From an uncultured Chloroflexia bacterium (GTDB lineage Bacteria > Chloroflexota > Anaerolineae > JAAYZQ01), in assembly GCA_963700285.1 (NCBI GenBank), contig CAVOXA010000010.1:416001-480000 (forward strand): a DNA stretch of 64,000 nucleotides, in the 5' to 3' direction. Numbering within the stretch: the first letter of the stretch is position 1; each line of letters starts with the position of its first letter. This document shows, piece after piece, positions 9,641-19,694 of this stretch. A program made the translations under genes and the position numbers. The notes under the pieces were generated by a model, which was not told where the DNA came from, did not search any database, and saw only the letters and a program-made list of their open reading frames with translations.

Positions 9641-10282
9641 ATGGGGATTCGTATCCTGATCGTGGACGATCACGGTGTGGTCCGCCAGGGACTGCGCATG
9701 TACCTGGCCCTGGACCCCGAATTGGAGGTGGTGGGCGAGGCGGCCAACGGCGCCGAAGCCCTGCGCCTGGCCCACGAACTGGAGCCGGACGTGGTGCTGA
9801 TGGACCTGCTGATGCCGGTCATGGACGGCATCGCCGCCACCGAGGCCATCCGCCGGGAGCTGCCCGAGGTCGAGGTGATCGCCCTGACCAGTGTATTGGA
9901 AGACAGCGCTGTCTATGGGGCGATGCGCGCCGGGGCCATCGGCTATCTGCTCAAGGACACCCAGGCCGACGAGTTGTGCCGGGCCATCAAGGCCGCGGCG
10001 GCCGGGCAGGTGCAGATGTCGCCGTCGGTCGCGGCGCGGCTGCTGCGCGAGGTGCCCGCTCCCCAGCAGCCTGAGCCGCTGACCGAACGGGAGACCGAGG
10101 TGCTGCGGCAGCTGGCCCAGGGCAAATCGAACAAAGAGATCGCCGCGGCCCTGGTCATCGCCGAAAAGACGGTTCGGACCCACGTGAGCAACATCCTGGC
10201 CAAGCTGGGGGTGACCAGCCGCACCCAGGCCGCCCTCCACGCCGTGCGCAGCGGCCTGGTGTCGCTGGACTCGGCGGAGTAG
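9641..10282 (+). CDS. NarL/LuxR-family response regulator
   Basis: IRILIVDDH, LMDLLMP, GYLLKD and HTH LTERETEVL..GKSNKEIA..TVRTHVSNILAKL. Confidence 0.95.
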   Translation: MGIRILIVDDHGVVRQGLRMYLALDPELEVVGEAANGAEALRLAHELEPDVVLMDLLMPVMDGIAATEAIRRELPEVEVIALTSVLEDSAVYGAMRAGAIGYLLKDTQADELCRAIKAAAAGQVQMSPSVAARLLREVPAPQQPEPLTERETEVLRQLAQGKSNKEIAAALVIAEKTVRTHVSNILAKLGVTSRTQAALHAVRSGLVSLDSAE

Positions 10283-10415
10283 ACGTGATGGCACGCTTGA
10301 GGTCACGGCTGTGGGCTGCTGCACGCCGGCCCGACGGCAAGGCACTGCTGGGTCAGGAATGTGCAGTGATGGGCAAGGTTGGAAGCCGGCATTGTTTCAG
10401 CGTCATTCGTGCGAG

Positions 10416-11090
10416 TCAATACACTGGGTTGTACCTCCTGACCTTGCTCGTCGAGATACCGTACTTGACCAGGCCTGTGGCAATGATAAGCGCGCAGACG
10501 ACGCCATCCAGGACGGGAGCCCCCAGTTCCTCCGAGAGGGACTTGTCCAGACCAGACATCCCAGCGCAGCCCAGGACAAGGACCTCTGCCATATCCTCGT
10601 CAAGCGCCATCTGGGCTGCTTTCAGGTATTTCTCTTTCTCACTGGCACCGGCCATTTCCTCCGGGGGCGCTTTTACCGAAGCAAGCATGCCTTCCAAGTA
10701 CAGTTTTCTAACCTGAGCCTCCTTGGCAGGGATAGAGTGTTTGGAGGTGGTGACCACCGAAAACCGGTGCCCCAGCATGGAGGCCATCTTCATGGACGCC
10801 TCGCCAATGCCCACCACTGGCTTGCGGGCCATCTCCTTCATGGCGTCGAGGTTGGGGTCGTCGTGGCAAGCGATGATGATGGCGTCAAAGTGGTCCTCGT
10901 TCTCTCTGAGCAGCCTGACCATGCCTGGCGCTGCCTGGATGACGTCGTTGCTGGTTTCGATGAATACCGGTGCGCCCGGCGTGGGCTTGCACACGACATC
11001 AAAACCCCCATCGGCATAGCCATCGGCAGTCTTCTGGATGACGGCCGTCATCTCGGGGTCACTGTTGGGATTGATGATCAGGATCCTCAC
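10416..11090 (-). CDS. Hydantoin/allantoin racemase (Asp/Glu racemase family)
   Basis: MRILIINPNS and both catalytic Cys (IACHDDP, LGCAGM), plus PVLDGV. Confidence 0.9.
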   Translation of the reverse strand: MRILIINPNSDPEMTAVIQKTADGYADGGFDVVCKPTPGAPVFIETSNDVIQAAPGMVRLLRENEDHFDAIIIACHDDPNLDAMKEMARKPVVGIGEASMKMASMLGHRFSVVTTSKHSIPAKEAQVRKLYLEGMLASVKAPPEEMAGASEKEKYLKAAQMALDEDMAEVLVLGCAGMSGLDKSLSEELGAPVLDGVVCALIIATGLVKYGISTSKVRRYNPVY

Positions 11091-11100
11091 CTGCCACCTC

Positions 11101-12805
11101 CTACTGGAGTTCCACCTCCACAGTTACGAGGCCGGCGCGCTCGTGGCGGGCTTTCAGCTTTGCAGTGCCACCTCCAGGCGCGCGCACCACCCATTCCACC
11201 TTGGCGCGGTCCTCCGTGGGGTCCCCAGGGCTGAATCCGCCCGGGACCGAGGGCTTGTAGGCCCGGCCCTCCAACTGGCCCACCTCCTGCCTCTGCTCGC
11301 CGCTCTCCAGCGTCGCCGCTTCTGGCAGTTCGATCTCGCACACTACAGCCGCGGACCAGCTTTTTCTCCAGGGCCTTCTTGGTCACATAGGTCGGCAGCC
11401 AGCCGGTGTTTTGGACCACCAGGCGCACGTGGTAGGCATCCTCTCCCAGGGCCTTGACGCTCACGTCGTACAGCTCCAGACGGGGCGAGATCAGCAGGTG
11501 CCATACCAGCCAGTCGGCAAAGGGCGCAATCTCTTTCTCCAGAAAGCGCCGGTGGCGGGTTCCTGAAGGCATAGCAGATAGTTCCAGCCGCCCAGCTCCA
11601 CCTGGCCCAAGTTGGGGGTGGTCAAAGGGGTACCAATCCACGTAGCCTTTGCCCTCCAGCACCTCGTCGCTCCACTTGAGCATTTTCAGGTCATCCTCCA
11701 GCGGATGCTCGCGGTCCCAATCGATGTGGTCATACTCCTCGATGCCTGCCTGCTGCTGGGGGCTCCAGATCTCCACGACCCAGCCAAAGGCACCCATCTG
11801 GTCGTACAGCCAATCGTTGAAGGTGCCGGTGATCACCTTACGGGGGTGATAGCGAAAATCGTGGTAGACAGAGATGGCCGGATAGCCGGTGATTTCGGTG
11901 CCCTTTTTCCCGATCTTTTCGTAGGTCCACAGATCCTCGGCAGGCAAGCGCTTCGTCGTTCTGGTCGCCGTAGGGGCGCAGCAGCACCCCACTCCAGGTA
12001 TGAAAGGCAACGCCGCCGGTGATATTGGGATGGCTGGCGATAAAACCGGTCGACGGCGTGGATCTCTGGCTCCGACGTAGGATAGGGCCCCGCCCCTGGT
12101 TGCTCGTACTCCTGCCGCCAGTTCAATGGGGAAAGTTGCGGTTCAGATCCAGCCCCTCCTTGTTGGGCTGAATGCGGATCAGGGCGCCATCATAGTCCTC
12201 GATCCGCCCTTCGGGCAGCAGGCGGTAGTACTGGCCGCCAGTCTCGACCGGATCGCGGCGCACCAACAGGCGCGGATCCTCGTCAGCAGGCTTTCCAGGG
12301 GCCATTGGGATCGGGGATGCGCATCATCAACATGCGCCCGTCGCCGTCTATGTCCTCCTTGACCAGGCCGCCGATGGGCTCCTCATCGTAGGGGTAGGGG
12401 CGCGTGCTGGAGCGGATGAGTTTGGGCTTGTCTGCCAGCGCCAGCTCGGCGCCATCAGGGTTCAACCTGCGGGCAGACGTAGAAAGCGCGCGTATCCATG
12501 CAGCGGGTGACGTCTGGATCGGAGCCGTAGCCTGTGACCAGGTGATTGATGAGGTAGAGGCAGGCGCTGGAGGGCGAGACCTCGCTGGCGTGGATGTTGC
12601 CGTCTACCCAAAACGCGGGCTTGTCCTGGTCCTCGCCTGTCTCAGTATTGGTGACTGCCACAGCCCAGATGTCGCGTCCCTCGTAACTCTGGCCGATGCT
12701 CTCCAGACGCACAAATTGAGGATACTCCTCCGCAAAGCCCTGCAGAATACGGGTCAGATCCTCGTAGCGATAGTAGGTATCGAATCGAACTTTCGGCATT
12801 TCCAT
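11101..12805 (-). pseudogene. M14-family zinc carboxypeptidase, split by multiple frameshifts
   Basis: Fragments in order: ESIGQSYEGR, DGNIHASE (HxxE), NPDGAE, DIDGDG, DLNRNFP, SEPEI, WVVEIW and a C-terminal beta domain. Confidence 0.85.
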
Positions 12806-12867
12806 CTCCTTTCAATTTTCCTGCAATCTCTCAATCCCTGCCCTTCGCAAGGGTGAATCAACGCACT

Positions 12868-13791
12868 CTATTGCAGGGCAACCTTGGGCTGCCCGTGACG
12901 CCGCCACGACTCGAGGCCAGCCTGCACCATCCTGATACCCGAGGCCACAGTAACCTGGCTGCCCTCACCTTGGTTAAAGACCGAAACGACGGCCAGCGCC
13001 ACAACTTTTCCGGTGGCCATGACGGCATCGATGGCAGTCCCTACCTGCTCCAGGTTTGGGCCATCCGGTTCGGCCGTGATGTGATCGGGTACGTAGGCTC
13101 TATCGAGTATGTCCAGGTCAATGTGCAGATAGATCATATCACAGCGACCAGCCAATTCGGTGACGGACTGCTGCAAGTCCTGTCCCGGGAAACCAGGAGC
13201 CGGGGCGGCAACGACAGCACCGGTAGCGCGGATGAGCTGTTCTTCGGCCGGATCCAGGTTGCGGACGTCAACCAACAGGATGCGGTCCGTGGGCAGGGGG
13301 GCAGCGATGTGAGAGCCTTCACGCCAGCGCGGCCAGGCCAGACCGGCACAGACGGCGACCGGCATGCCGCCCAACATGCCCGTGAGCGTCGTGGTCGGGG
13401 TGTTGAAATCGCCGTGGGCATCGAACCAGACCAAGCCGATGCGGGCAGCCGGACCGTAGGCATCCTGGAGGCCACCAAGGATGCCGGTGCTGTGGACGCA
13501 ATGCCCGCCCGTCATGAGGATCGCACTTCCGTGGCGACGCGCCGCGGCCGCCTCGCTGGCAATGGCCCCGCTCATCAGGCCCAGGTTGGTGATTTCATCT
13601 TCTGCCCAATGGCCATCCTGTACCCTCGGCTCGATGATGTCGACAGGTACGCCTGCTGCCTCATAGGCGCCTGAGGCAGCGAGGGCATCCAGGGAAAGCT
13701 CGTCCCGCTGGGCCAACCTGCTATCCCAATATCGAATACCAATGACCTGCAGACCCGATAGTTCCTCAGTAGTCATTCCTGTCACTCCCAT
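12868..13791 (-). CDS. Arginase/ureohydrolase family protein with atypical active site
   Basis: WFDAHGDFNTP and HIDLDILD are retained. GGDH is replaced by GGHC and HGMP by GGMP. Confidence 0.85.
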   Translation of the reverse strand: MGVTGMTTEELSGLQVIGIRYWDSRLAQRDELSLDALAASGAYEAAGVPVDIIEPRVQDGHWAEDEITNLGLMSGAIASEAAAARRHGSAILMTGGHCVHSTGILGGLQDAYGPAARIGLVWFDAHGDFNTPTTTLTGMLGGMPVAVCAGLAWPRWREGSHIAAPLPTDRILLVDVRNLDPAEEQLIRATGAVVAAPAPGFPGQDLQQSVTELAGRCDMIYLHIDLDILDRAYVPDHITAEPDGPNLEQVGTAIDAVMATGKVVALAVVSVFNQGEGSQVTVASGIRMVQAGLESWRRHGQPKVALQ

Positions 13792-15145
13792 GCTCTTTCG
13801 CGAGGGCTCTCACGGCATCCATGGTTGCCATCAGATGCTCACCAGTGATGAGAGGCGAGATCACGACCAGGCGCAGGACGGCCCTCCCATCCAGCTTGGT
13901 CATGGAGATGGTGCGCTCTCCCCCCGTCATGATCCGGTCGTACACATATTCCTGAAGCTGGTTCAGGGCTTCCTCAGGGAAGCCTTGCGGTGTGATACGA
14001 AAACAGAGGATCCCGGTATCAGGCTCATGGCACAGCTCCAGGTCATCTTGGGTCCTGAGGTAGGCTGCCAGGGATTGGACGGCTTCAAGGGGAGCACGCA
14101 GGTTCCGGCGCATACCCCTCAGCCCTTGATGGCATATCGACGTGGTGAGATTCAGGGCGGAAAAGGGCCGGGTGGAGGGCATCGACTTGAGTCCGGGGTT
14201 CGGTTCGATGTCCCTCTCCCGGTTGAAGTAGTCGCTGTGCAGCGTAAAGCGGCCAAAATCTGCCCAGTGACGGACAAACAGCAGGGAGCTGGGGATCAGG
14301 ACCCGGAACTGTTTGTGCGGATCCCAGCACACCGAATCGGCCAGCTCCATGCCTGCGAATAACGACTGCCTCTCCGGAAGTAAGCTATAGATCAAACCAT
14401 AGGCGCCATCCACGTGCGACCAGGCACCCAGCTTCTCCGCCATCTCGACGACAGGCAGAATAGGGTCTATAGAACCGGTGGAGGTCGTGCCAGCCGTAAC
14501 GACGATGCAAAAGACCTCCTTCACGCCAGAAAGCTGTCTCAGAGTTTCGCCCAGGTGCTGGATATCCATCCGGCGGTTCTCGTCGACGTCGATGGTAACG
14601 ACGCAGCCATCGCCGAGCCCCATGATGCGCACCGCATGTTTCAGGGAAAAGTGAGCGTCCCGGGAGCAGACGACCACCAATCGAGACGGATCCTGAAAGC
14701 CCAGCAGCCCCTTTTTAGCCAGGTCAAAGCCCTCCCTTTCCGCCTTGCGGTGGAGGGCCATGTAGAGGGCATGCAGGTTAGCATAGGTCCCGGCCAGGGT
14801 AAAGGTGGCATCGGCGGTGGAGGCGAGCCCGAATAGGCGGCACAGACTCTGGCCGCAGATCTCTTCCAGCGTAGCCGCGCCCGGTGAGATCTGCCAGTTG
14901 GTCACACCCGGATTGTGGACCAGAGCGAACCTGCCCCCCAGAGCCGCCCCCTCTTCTGGATAGGCATTGTACATCGACTGGAATTGGGGCAGCTCGTAGT
15001 TCAGCAGGTGCGGAGCCAAACGCTCCTTCAACAGCCCCTCCAGGGTTTCCAGTGACACCCCATCTTCCTGAAAGTCGACGAGGGGTGCCAGGTCGGCTGC
15101 TACCTGCTGGGGCGAAGCACCGGAAAAAATGCGCGTCTGGGACAT
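13766..15145 (-). CDS. Group II PLP-dependent amino-acid decarboxylase
   Basis: AHFSL, TAGTTSTGSIDP, HVDGAYG and the PLP-lysine motif DPHK. Confidence 0.9.
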   Translation of the reverse strand: MSQTRIFSGASPQQVAADLAPLVDFQEDGVSLETLEGLLKERLAPHLLNYELPQFQSMYNAYPEEGAALGGRFALVHNPGVTNWQISPGAATLEEICGQSLCRLFGLASTADATFTLAGTYANLHALYMALHRKAEREGFDLAKKGLLGFQDPSRLVVVCSRDAHFSLKHAVRIMGLGDGCVVTIDVDENRRMDIQHLGETLRQLSGVKEVFCIVVTAGTTSTGSIDPILPVVEMAEKLGAWSHVDGAYGLIYSLLPERQSLFAGMELADSVCWDPHKQFRVLIPSSLLFVRHWADFGRFTLHSDYFNRERDIEPNPGLKSMPSTRPFSALNLTTSICHQGLRGMRRNLRAPLEAVQSLAAYLRTQDDLELCHEPDTGILCFRITPQGFPEEALNQLQEYVYDRIMTGGERTISMTKLDGRAVLRLVVISPLITGEHLMATMDAVRALAKEHGSDRNDY

Positions 15146-15156
15146 GGGCTGCCCTC

Positions 15157-16596
15157 CTACAGTGAAGCTCGCAATGAGGGATCCAGGGTACGATACAGAT
15201 AGCGTCCCCGTCCCTTCTTTGCCAGGCACTGGTCACCGTCGACGATGAGTTCCCCCCGGGAGTAGACCTGGAGTATCTTGCCCGTTACTTGGATTCCGTC
15301 ATAGGCGGCATAATCTGTGGCCATGTGCAGGCTCTCCAAGTCCATGACCCACTTGGCCTGGGGATCAAAGAGGACAATATCGGCATCGGCCCCTGGCATC
15401 AGGGTCCCCTTGTGCGGGGCCAAGCCAAAGAGCTGGGCCGGCGTGCTGGACACAACCTCTACGAACCTCGGCAGGGACAGGCGTCCTTTGGCCACACCCT
15501 CGGAATATAGCAGGCTGAGGCGAACCTCGATGCCTGGCAACCCATTGGGGACCAAATCGAAGCGGTTCAGGCCATAGAGCTTGGCTTCCCAGGGATAGGC
15601 CGCATCATCGGAGCTGACCAGCGAGATCCGGCCATCTCGCAGCGCCGTCCAGAGCCGGTCCTGGTTCGCAAGACCCCGTATGGGAGGCGAGCAGATCCAC
15701 TTCAGACCGTCTTCACGTTCCAGCATCTCGTCGGTGAAAATGAGATAGTGGGTACAGGTCTCGGCAAGGATGTCCACGCCCTGGGCCCGCCCCATGCCCA
15801 CAAGTTCAGCCCCTGCGGCGGAAGATAGGTGGACAATGAATACCCGGCAGCCGGTGTCACGAGAGATCTCGATGCACTGCCTGATGGCCTTGTCCTCAGC
15901 TTCGGGCGGTTTGGCCTTGGTGTGGTAGGGATACGCGGTCAAACCTGCGTGAACAAACTCGGAGGCTTTGCGGGTGATGGTCTCATCGTCCTCAGCATGG
16001 ACCAGCAGCATTCCGCCGGCCTCGTGGAGACGCGCAGCAACAGGCTTGAGCTCGTCCGCGCTGATATAGAGGCCATCCTCGCGATAGGTCATGTAGCACT
16101 TGATGGAGGGCGCTCCCGCAGCCACAACCAGGGGGATCTGGTCCAAGGTTTCGGGGGTTGGATCCACGATACAGGGATGAATGCCCCAGTCCACCAAGGG
16201 CAGGTTACCGGCTTCCTCCCGCTTGTAGGCCAGGGTATCGATCAGGGGCTGGCCATGCCTCTGGTTGGAAAAATCGATGACGGTGGTCACACCACCATGA
16301 GCAGCAGCCAGCGTACCGGTATAGTAGTCGTGCACGCTGACGGTATTCATGAAAGGATCGTTATAGTGCACATGGACGTCGACCGCTCCCGGCAGCACGA
16401 GCAGACCGCCGGCGTCCAGCGTGACATCGGCCTTGAAGCTGGATAGGCTGCCTACAGCGGCAATGAACTCCCCCTGGATGAGGACGTCCTGCTGGGAAAC
16501 CGCCTGTCCCAGGACAACGGTGCCGCCCCGGATCAGTGTTGACTTGAGTTCTGTCACAAGTGCGAACTCCTCCCCCTGCCATAGCCTGACCCCCAT
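15157..16596 (-). CDS. hydA: Dihydropyrimidinase / D-hydantoinase
   Basis: PGAVDVHVH, GGVTTVIDF, SIKCYMTY, HAED, VHLSS, ETCTHYL, CSPPIR and GADADIV. Confidence 0.9.
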   Translation of the reverse strand: MGVRLWQGEEFALVTELKSTLIRGGTVVLGQAVSQQDVLIQGEFIAAVGSLSSFKADVTLDAGGLLVLPGAVDVHVHYNDPFMNTVSVHDYYTGTLAAAHGGVTTVIDFSNQRHGQPLIDTLAYKREEAGNLPLVDWGIHPCIVDPTPETLDQIPLVVAAGAPSIKCYMTYREDGLYISADELKPVAARLHEAGGMLLVHAEDDETITRKASEFVHAGLTAYPYHTKAKPPEAEDKAIRQCIEISRDTGCRVFIVHLSSAAGAELVGMGRAQGVDILAETCTHYLIFTDEMLEREDGLKWICSPPIRGLANQDRLWTALRDGRISLVSSDDAAYPWEAKLYGLNRFDLVPNGLPGIEVRLSLLYSEGVAKGRLSLPRFVEVVSSTPAQLFGLAPHKGTLMPGADADIVLFDPQAKWVMDLESLHMATDYAAYDGIQVTGKILQVYSRGELIVDGDQCLAKKGRGRYLYRTLDPSLRASL

Positions 16597-16611
16597 CGCA
16601 AAGTCAGATCG

Positions 16612-17790
16612 TTAGAGGCTATCCAGGGCCTGTCTCAGATCGCCCTTTAGATCCTCCACATCTTCAATGCCCACGGCGTAGCGGATCAAGCCCTCAGGGA
16701 TGCCTGCTTCGGCCCGTTCCTCAGCCGTCAACTCGACGTGGCTGGTGGTTGCCGGTGGACCGACAATGGTCTCTACCTGGCCCAGGTTGGCCGCCATATA
16801 GGCATACCTCAGGCGGGGCAGGAAACGGGTCACGGCCTCAAAGCCACCCTTGAGTTCAAAGCTCAACACGCCGCCATAGCCCGTCATCTGCCGCCTGGCA
16901 ATCTCGTGGCCCGGATGGCTCTCGAGGCCGGGATAATAAACCCGTTCGACTTTGGGCTCCCCTTCCAGAAAGTTGGCCAGCGCCAGGGCATTCTCATTGT
17001 GTCGTTGGACGCGCAGGCCCAACGTCTTTAGACTGCGCAGCAGCAAAAAAGCATTGAGGGCCTGCAGCGAAGGTCCGGTAAGCTCACGGTGATGATAGAT
17101 CCTGGCCACCAGGTCCTGGCGGCCGCAGACGACACCGCCCAATACATCTCCGTGCCCGTTCAAGAACTTGGTCGCGCTGTGAATGACCAGATCAGCCCCC
17201 AGGTCGATGGGCCGCTGGTTGATGGGGGTAGCAAAGGTATTGTCGACAACGGTGACTGCTCCCACTTTCCTGGCCGCTGCCGCGAGGCGAGCCAGGTCCA
17301 ACACCTTCAGCGTTGGGTTAGTGGGAGACTCTAGATAGAGCAAGTCGCAGCCCTGCGCCATGGAGGCCTCGATGGCCTCGTGATCCTCCGTATCAACCAC
17401 CTCGCAGACCACGCCAAAACGGGGAAGGATCTGCGTAAAGTGGAGGTAGGTCGCACCATAGGTATCTCGCACCGACACGGCGCGCTGTGAGGGGCTGAGC
17501 AGGGCAAAGAGTGTCGTACTGATGGCCGCCATTCCCGTGGCAAAGCTGGTGGCGCTTTCCGCACCCTCAAGGGCAGCCACTCTTTCTTCGAGGGCGCTGG
17601 TGGTGGGGTTTGAGTTGCGGCTGTAGATATCGCCGGGGGTCTGGCCCAGCGCGACGGCGCGCCAGCTTTCCACATCGTCGTAGGCAAAGGCCGCGTTGGC
17701 GACAATGGGCGGCACCACCGAGTGGGTACTCGGATCGGTACCTTGGCAGAGGTGCACCGATCTGGTTGAGGGTCCTTCACGTCGATCCAT
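16612..17790 (-). CDS. Cys/Met-metabolism PLP gamma-lyase/synthase (cystathionine gamma-synthase family)
   Basis: YSRNSNPT, GMAAI, ESPTNP, DNTFATP, HSATKF, NLG.VET and GIED. Confidence 0.9.
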   Translation of the reverse strand: MDRREGPSTRSVHLCQGTDPSTHSVVPPIVANAAFAYDDVESWRAVALGQTPGDIYSRNSNPTTSALEERVAALEGAESATSFATGMAAISTTLFALLSPSQRAVSVRDTYGATYLHFTQILPRFGVVCEVVDTEDHEAIEASMAQGCDLLYLESPTNPTLKVLDLARLAAAARKVGAVTVVDNTFATPINQRPIDLGADLVIHSATKFLNGHGDVLGGVVCGRQDLVARIYHHRELTGPSLQALNAFLLLRSLKTLGLRVQRHNENALALANFLEGEPKVERVYYPGLESHPGHEIARRQMTGYGGVLSFELKGGFEAVTRFLPRLRYAYMAANLGQVETIVGPPATTSHVELTAEERAEAGIPEGLIRYAVGIEDVEDLKGDLRQALDSL

Positions 17791-17812
17791 ACCATCATCT
17801 CCTTCAATGTGT

Positions 17813-19060
17813 CTAGTGGCCCAGCAGCAAGGCTGCATGCAAGAGGACATTGGCCCCATTCACACAATCGTGCCACTCGGTGAATTCCTGGGAAGAGTGG
17901 CTGAACCCATCCACCGACGGCACAAATATCATACCTGTGGGACAGACGGATGCCAAAACCTGGGCATCGTGGCCCGCACCGGAAGGGAGAAACCTGTGGG
18001 GCAGATCCAGCGCTGAGCAAGCCCTGACAAAAGCTTCCTGGACCCGGGGTTCCATGGGTGCCGGGGCGGTCCTATCCAGGCCCTCGACCTCCAGATCCAA
18101 CCCAAAACGCTCCGCAGCGAAGAAGGCCTGATGCCCTAACTCGGCCTCGATCTCGTCCAGCCTGGTCTCGTCCTCCGTCCGGAATTCCAGGGAGACGGCG
18201 ACCTGGTGGGGAACGACGTTAAAAACACCCGGAGCAAAGACCATATTGCCCACTGTAGCGACGCAGTCCGGGAAGCGCTTCATCATGGTTTCCCGGACTG
18301 ACAGGGCAAAGGCACTCGCCCCCTGGCTCGCGTCGAGGCGGCGGCCCATGGGGGTTGTCCCAGCATGATCGGCCCGTCCGCAGAACCGCACCTGGAACGA
18401 CCGGATGCCCACAATGCCGGTCACAATACCAATCTCCACACCGGCCTCGGCCAATCGCCCCCCCTGCTCGATGTGTAGTTCCAGATAACCAGCCAGCGTG
18501 TTCGGGTCCCTGCCAGCACTGCAAAGGGAAGCGTTGCTCAAACCGGCCTGCTGCAACACCTGCTGGAAGCGCTCGTGACCGCCGCGCGGCTGCTGAAGCT
18601 GTTCCGGGGTCAGCCTGCCGGTTAGTCCCAAACTGCCCACAAAGTTGGCGAGATGCCCTTCCTCGTCGGTGAAATCGATGGCCTCCAGATGGGTGTTCAG
18701 GGAGAGGTTCTGCTCCTTTACGACCTGCAGCGATTCCAGGGCGGCCACTACCCCAAGCGCTCCGTCAAAGCGCCCACCGTCGGGTACCGAGTCCAGGTGT
18801 GATCCCAGCAGCAGCGTCTTTGCGCCGGGCGGGCCACAGCGGAGGAGGGCCGAATGGTTTCCAGCCCCATCCACCCGCGTATCCAAACCCGCTTCCTGGG
18901 CCGTAGCCAGAAACCAACGGCGGGCTTGCCTATGCGCCTCGCCGAATGCCGGCCGGTGGACTCCGCCCTCAGGCGTGGCGCCGACGGCTGCCAACGCCTC
19001 AAAATTGGCACGAAAGCGCTCGGCATTGACCCGAAGGGCAGATAATGTATCCCGCATCAT
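17813..19060 (-). CDS. N-carbamoyl-L-amino-acid amidohydrolase (M20, allantoate amidohydrolase/beta-ureidopropionase-like)
   Basis: GSHLDSVP.GG.FDG, DEEG, ELHIEQG, HAGTTPM, SGAGHDA and SH..E. Confidence 0.92.
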   Translation of the reverse strand: MMRDTLSALRVNAERFRANFEALAAVGATPEGGVHRPAFGEAHRQARRWFLATAQEAGLDTRVDGAGNHSALLRCGPPGAKTLLLGSHLDSVPDGGRFDGALGVVAALESLQVVKEQNLSLNTHLEAIDFTDEEGHLANFVGSLGLTGRLTPEQLQQPRGGHERFQQVLQQAGLSNASLCSAGRDPNTLAGYLELHIEQGGRLAEAGVEIGIVTGIVGIRSFQVRFCGRADHAGTTPMGRRLDASQGASAFALSVRETMMKRFPDCVATVGNMVFAPGVFNVVPHQVAVSLEFRTEDETRLDEIEAELGHQAFFAAERFGLDLEVEGLDRTAPAPMEPRVQEAFVRACSALDLPHRFLPSGAGHDAQVLASVCPTGMIFVPSVDGFSHSSQEFTEWHDCVNGANVLLHAALLLGH

Positions 19061-19074
19061 CCTTCCCCTTGACG

Positions 19075-19524
19075 TCAATCGAGGGAACGTCTCAGCGCAA
19101 CCAGTCTCATTGTATACTCGGGGGTGAGGCCGTGCTCCTGGGCGCCCACAATCATGTCTTCGACATAGCCCTTCGACGCAGTGTAGGGCCCTGCTGGTGC
19201 AGAGACCCTGTACAGGTCGGCCCTGTGCCATTTCCCATCTTCTCCCAGCACGAGAAAGGTATCGCGCCGGTACAGTCCTTCGGGAACGCTCTCCAGGATA
19301 TCCAGATCGACGATCTCTTGTTCAGGAACCTCATAGATGACGCCCTCCACCAACTCGCCTGGCGCCTCGATGATGCTGCTGATCCCGCCCTGTCTGTTCT
19401 CAGAGTAATGGCGGAATTCGACCTGAAAGTTCGGTAGTTCCGCTTTCATGACAAAGACTGCACCAGGACAGTATTTTTGAACGTACCGGGTAGAGAGGTT
19501 TGACCCATAGGCATAGTAGTACAT
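19075..19524 (-). CDS. Gamma-glutamylcyclotransferase family protein
   Basis: YYYAYGSNL, VEGVIY, LDILE and Y...M..GA.EHGL..EY. Confidence 0.88.
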   Translation of the reverse strand: MYYYAYGSNLSTRYVQKYCPGAVFVMKAELPNFQVEFRHYSENRQGGISSIIEAPGELVEGVIYEVPEQEIVDLDILESVPEGLYRRDTFLVLGEDGKWHRADLYRVSAPAGPYTASKGYVEDMIVGAQEHGLTPEYTMRLVALRRSLD

Positions 19525-19607
19525 GGGGCGGGCGACTCCTTTTCAGGGCCCCAGTTGGCCCATTTCTTGAATGCCTGACCTGAACATGGAAACCAGAGAG
19601 CGTGTGG

Positions 19608-19636
19608 ATTATACATCAATAGGCCGCAAAGCACAA
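19608..19636 (-). promoter_or_regulatory. Putative sigma70 promoter of the hydantoin operon
   Basis: On the minus strand: TTGTGC, 17 bp spacer, TATAAT, about 85 bp upstream of the GGCT start. Confidence 0.55.
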
Positions 19637-19694
19637 CCATATTACCCCGCAGTGGGCCAAGTTCTCCTGGCTTCGGGCCAGCGTTGGGCAGGTT

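Noticed and set aside
11101-12805. Programmed ribosomal frameshifting in the peptidase gene
   Set aside because: There are too many breaks, no slippery heptamers were seen, and neighbouring genes show the same pattern. Sequencing error or decay is more likely.
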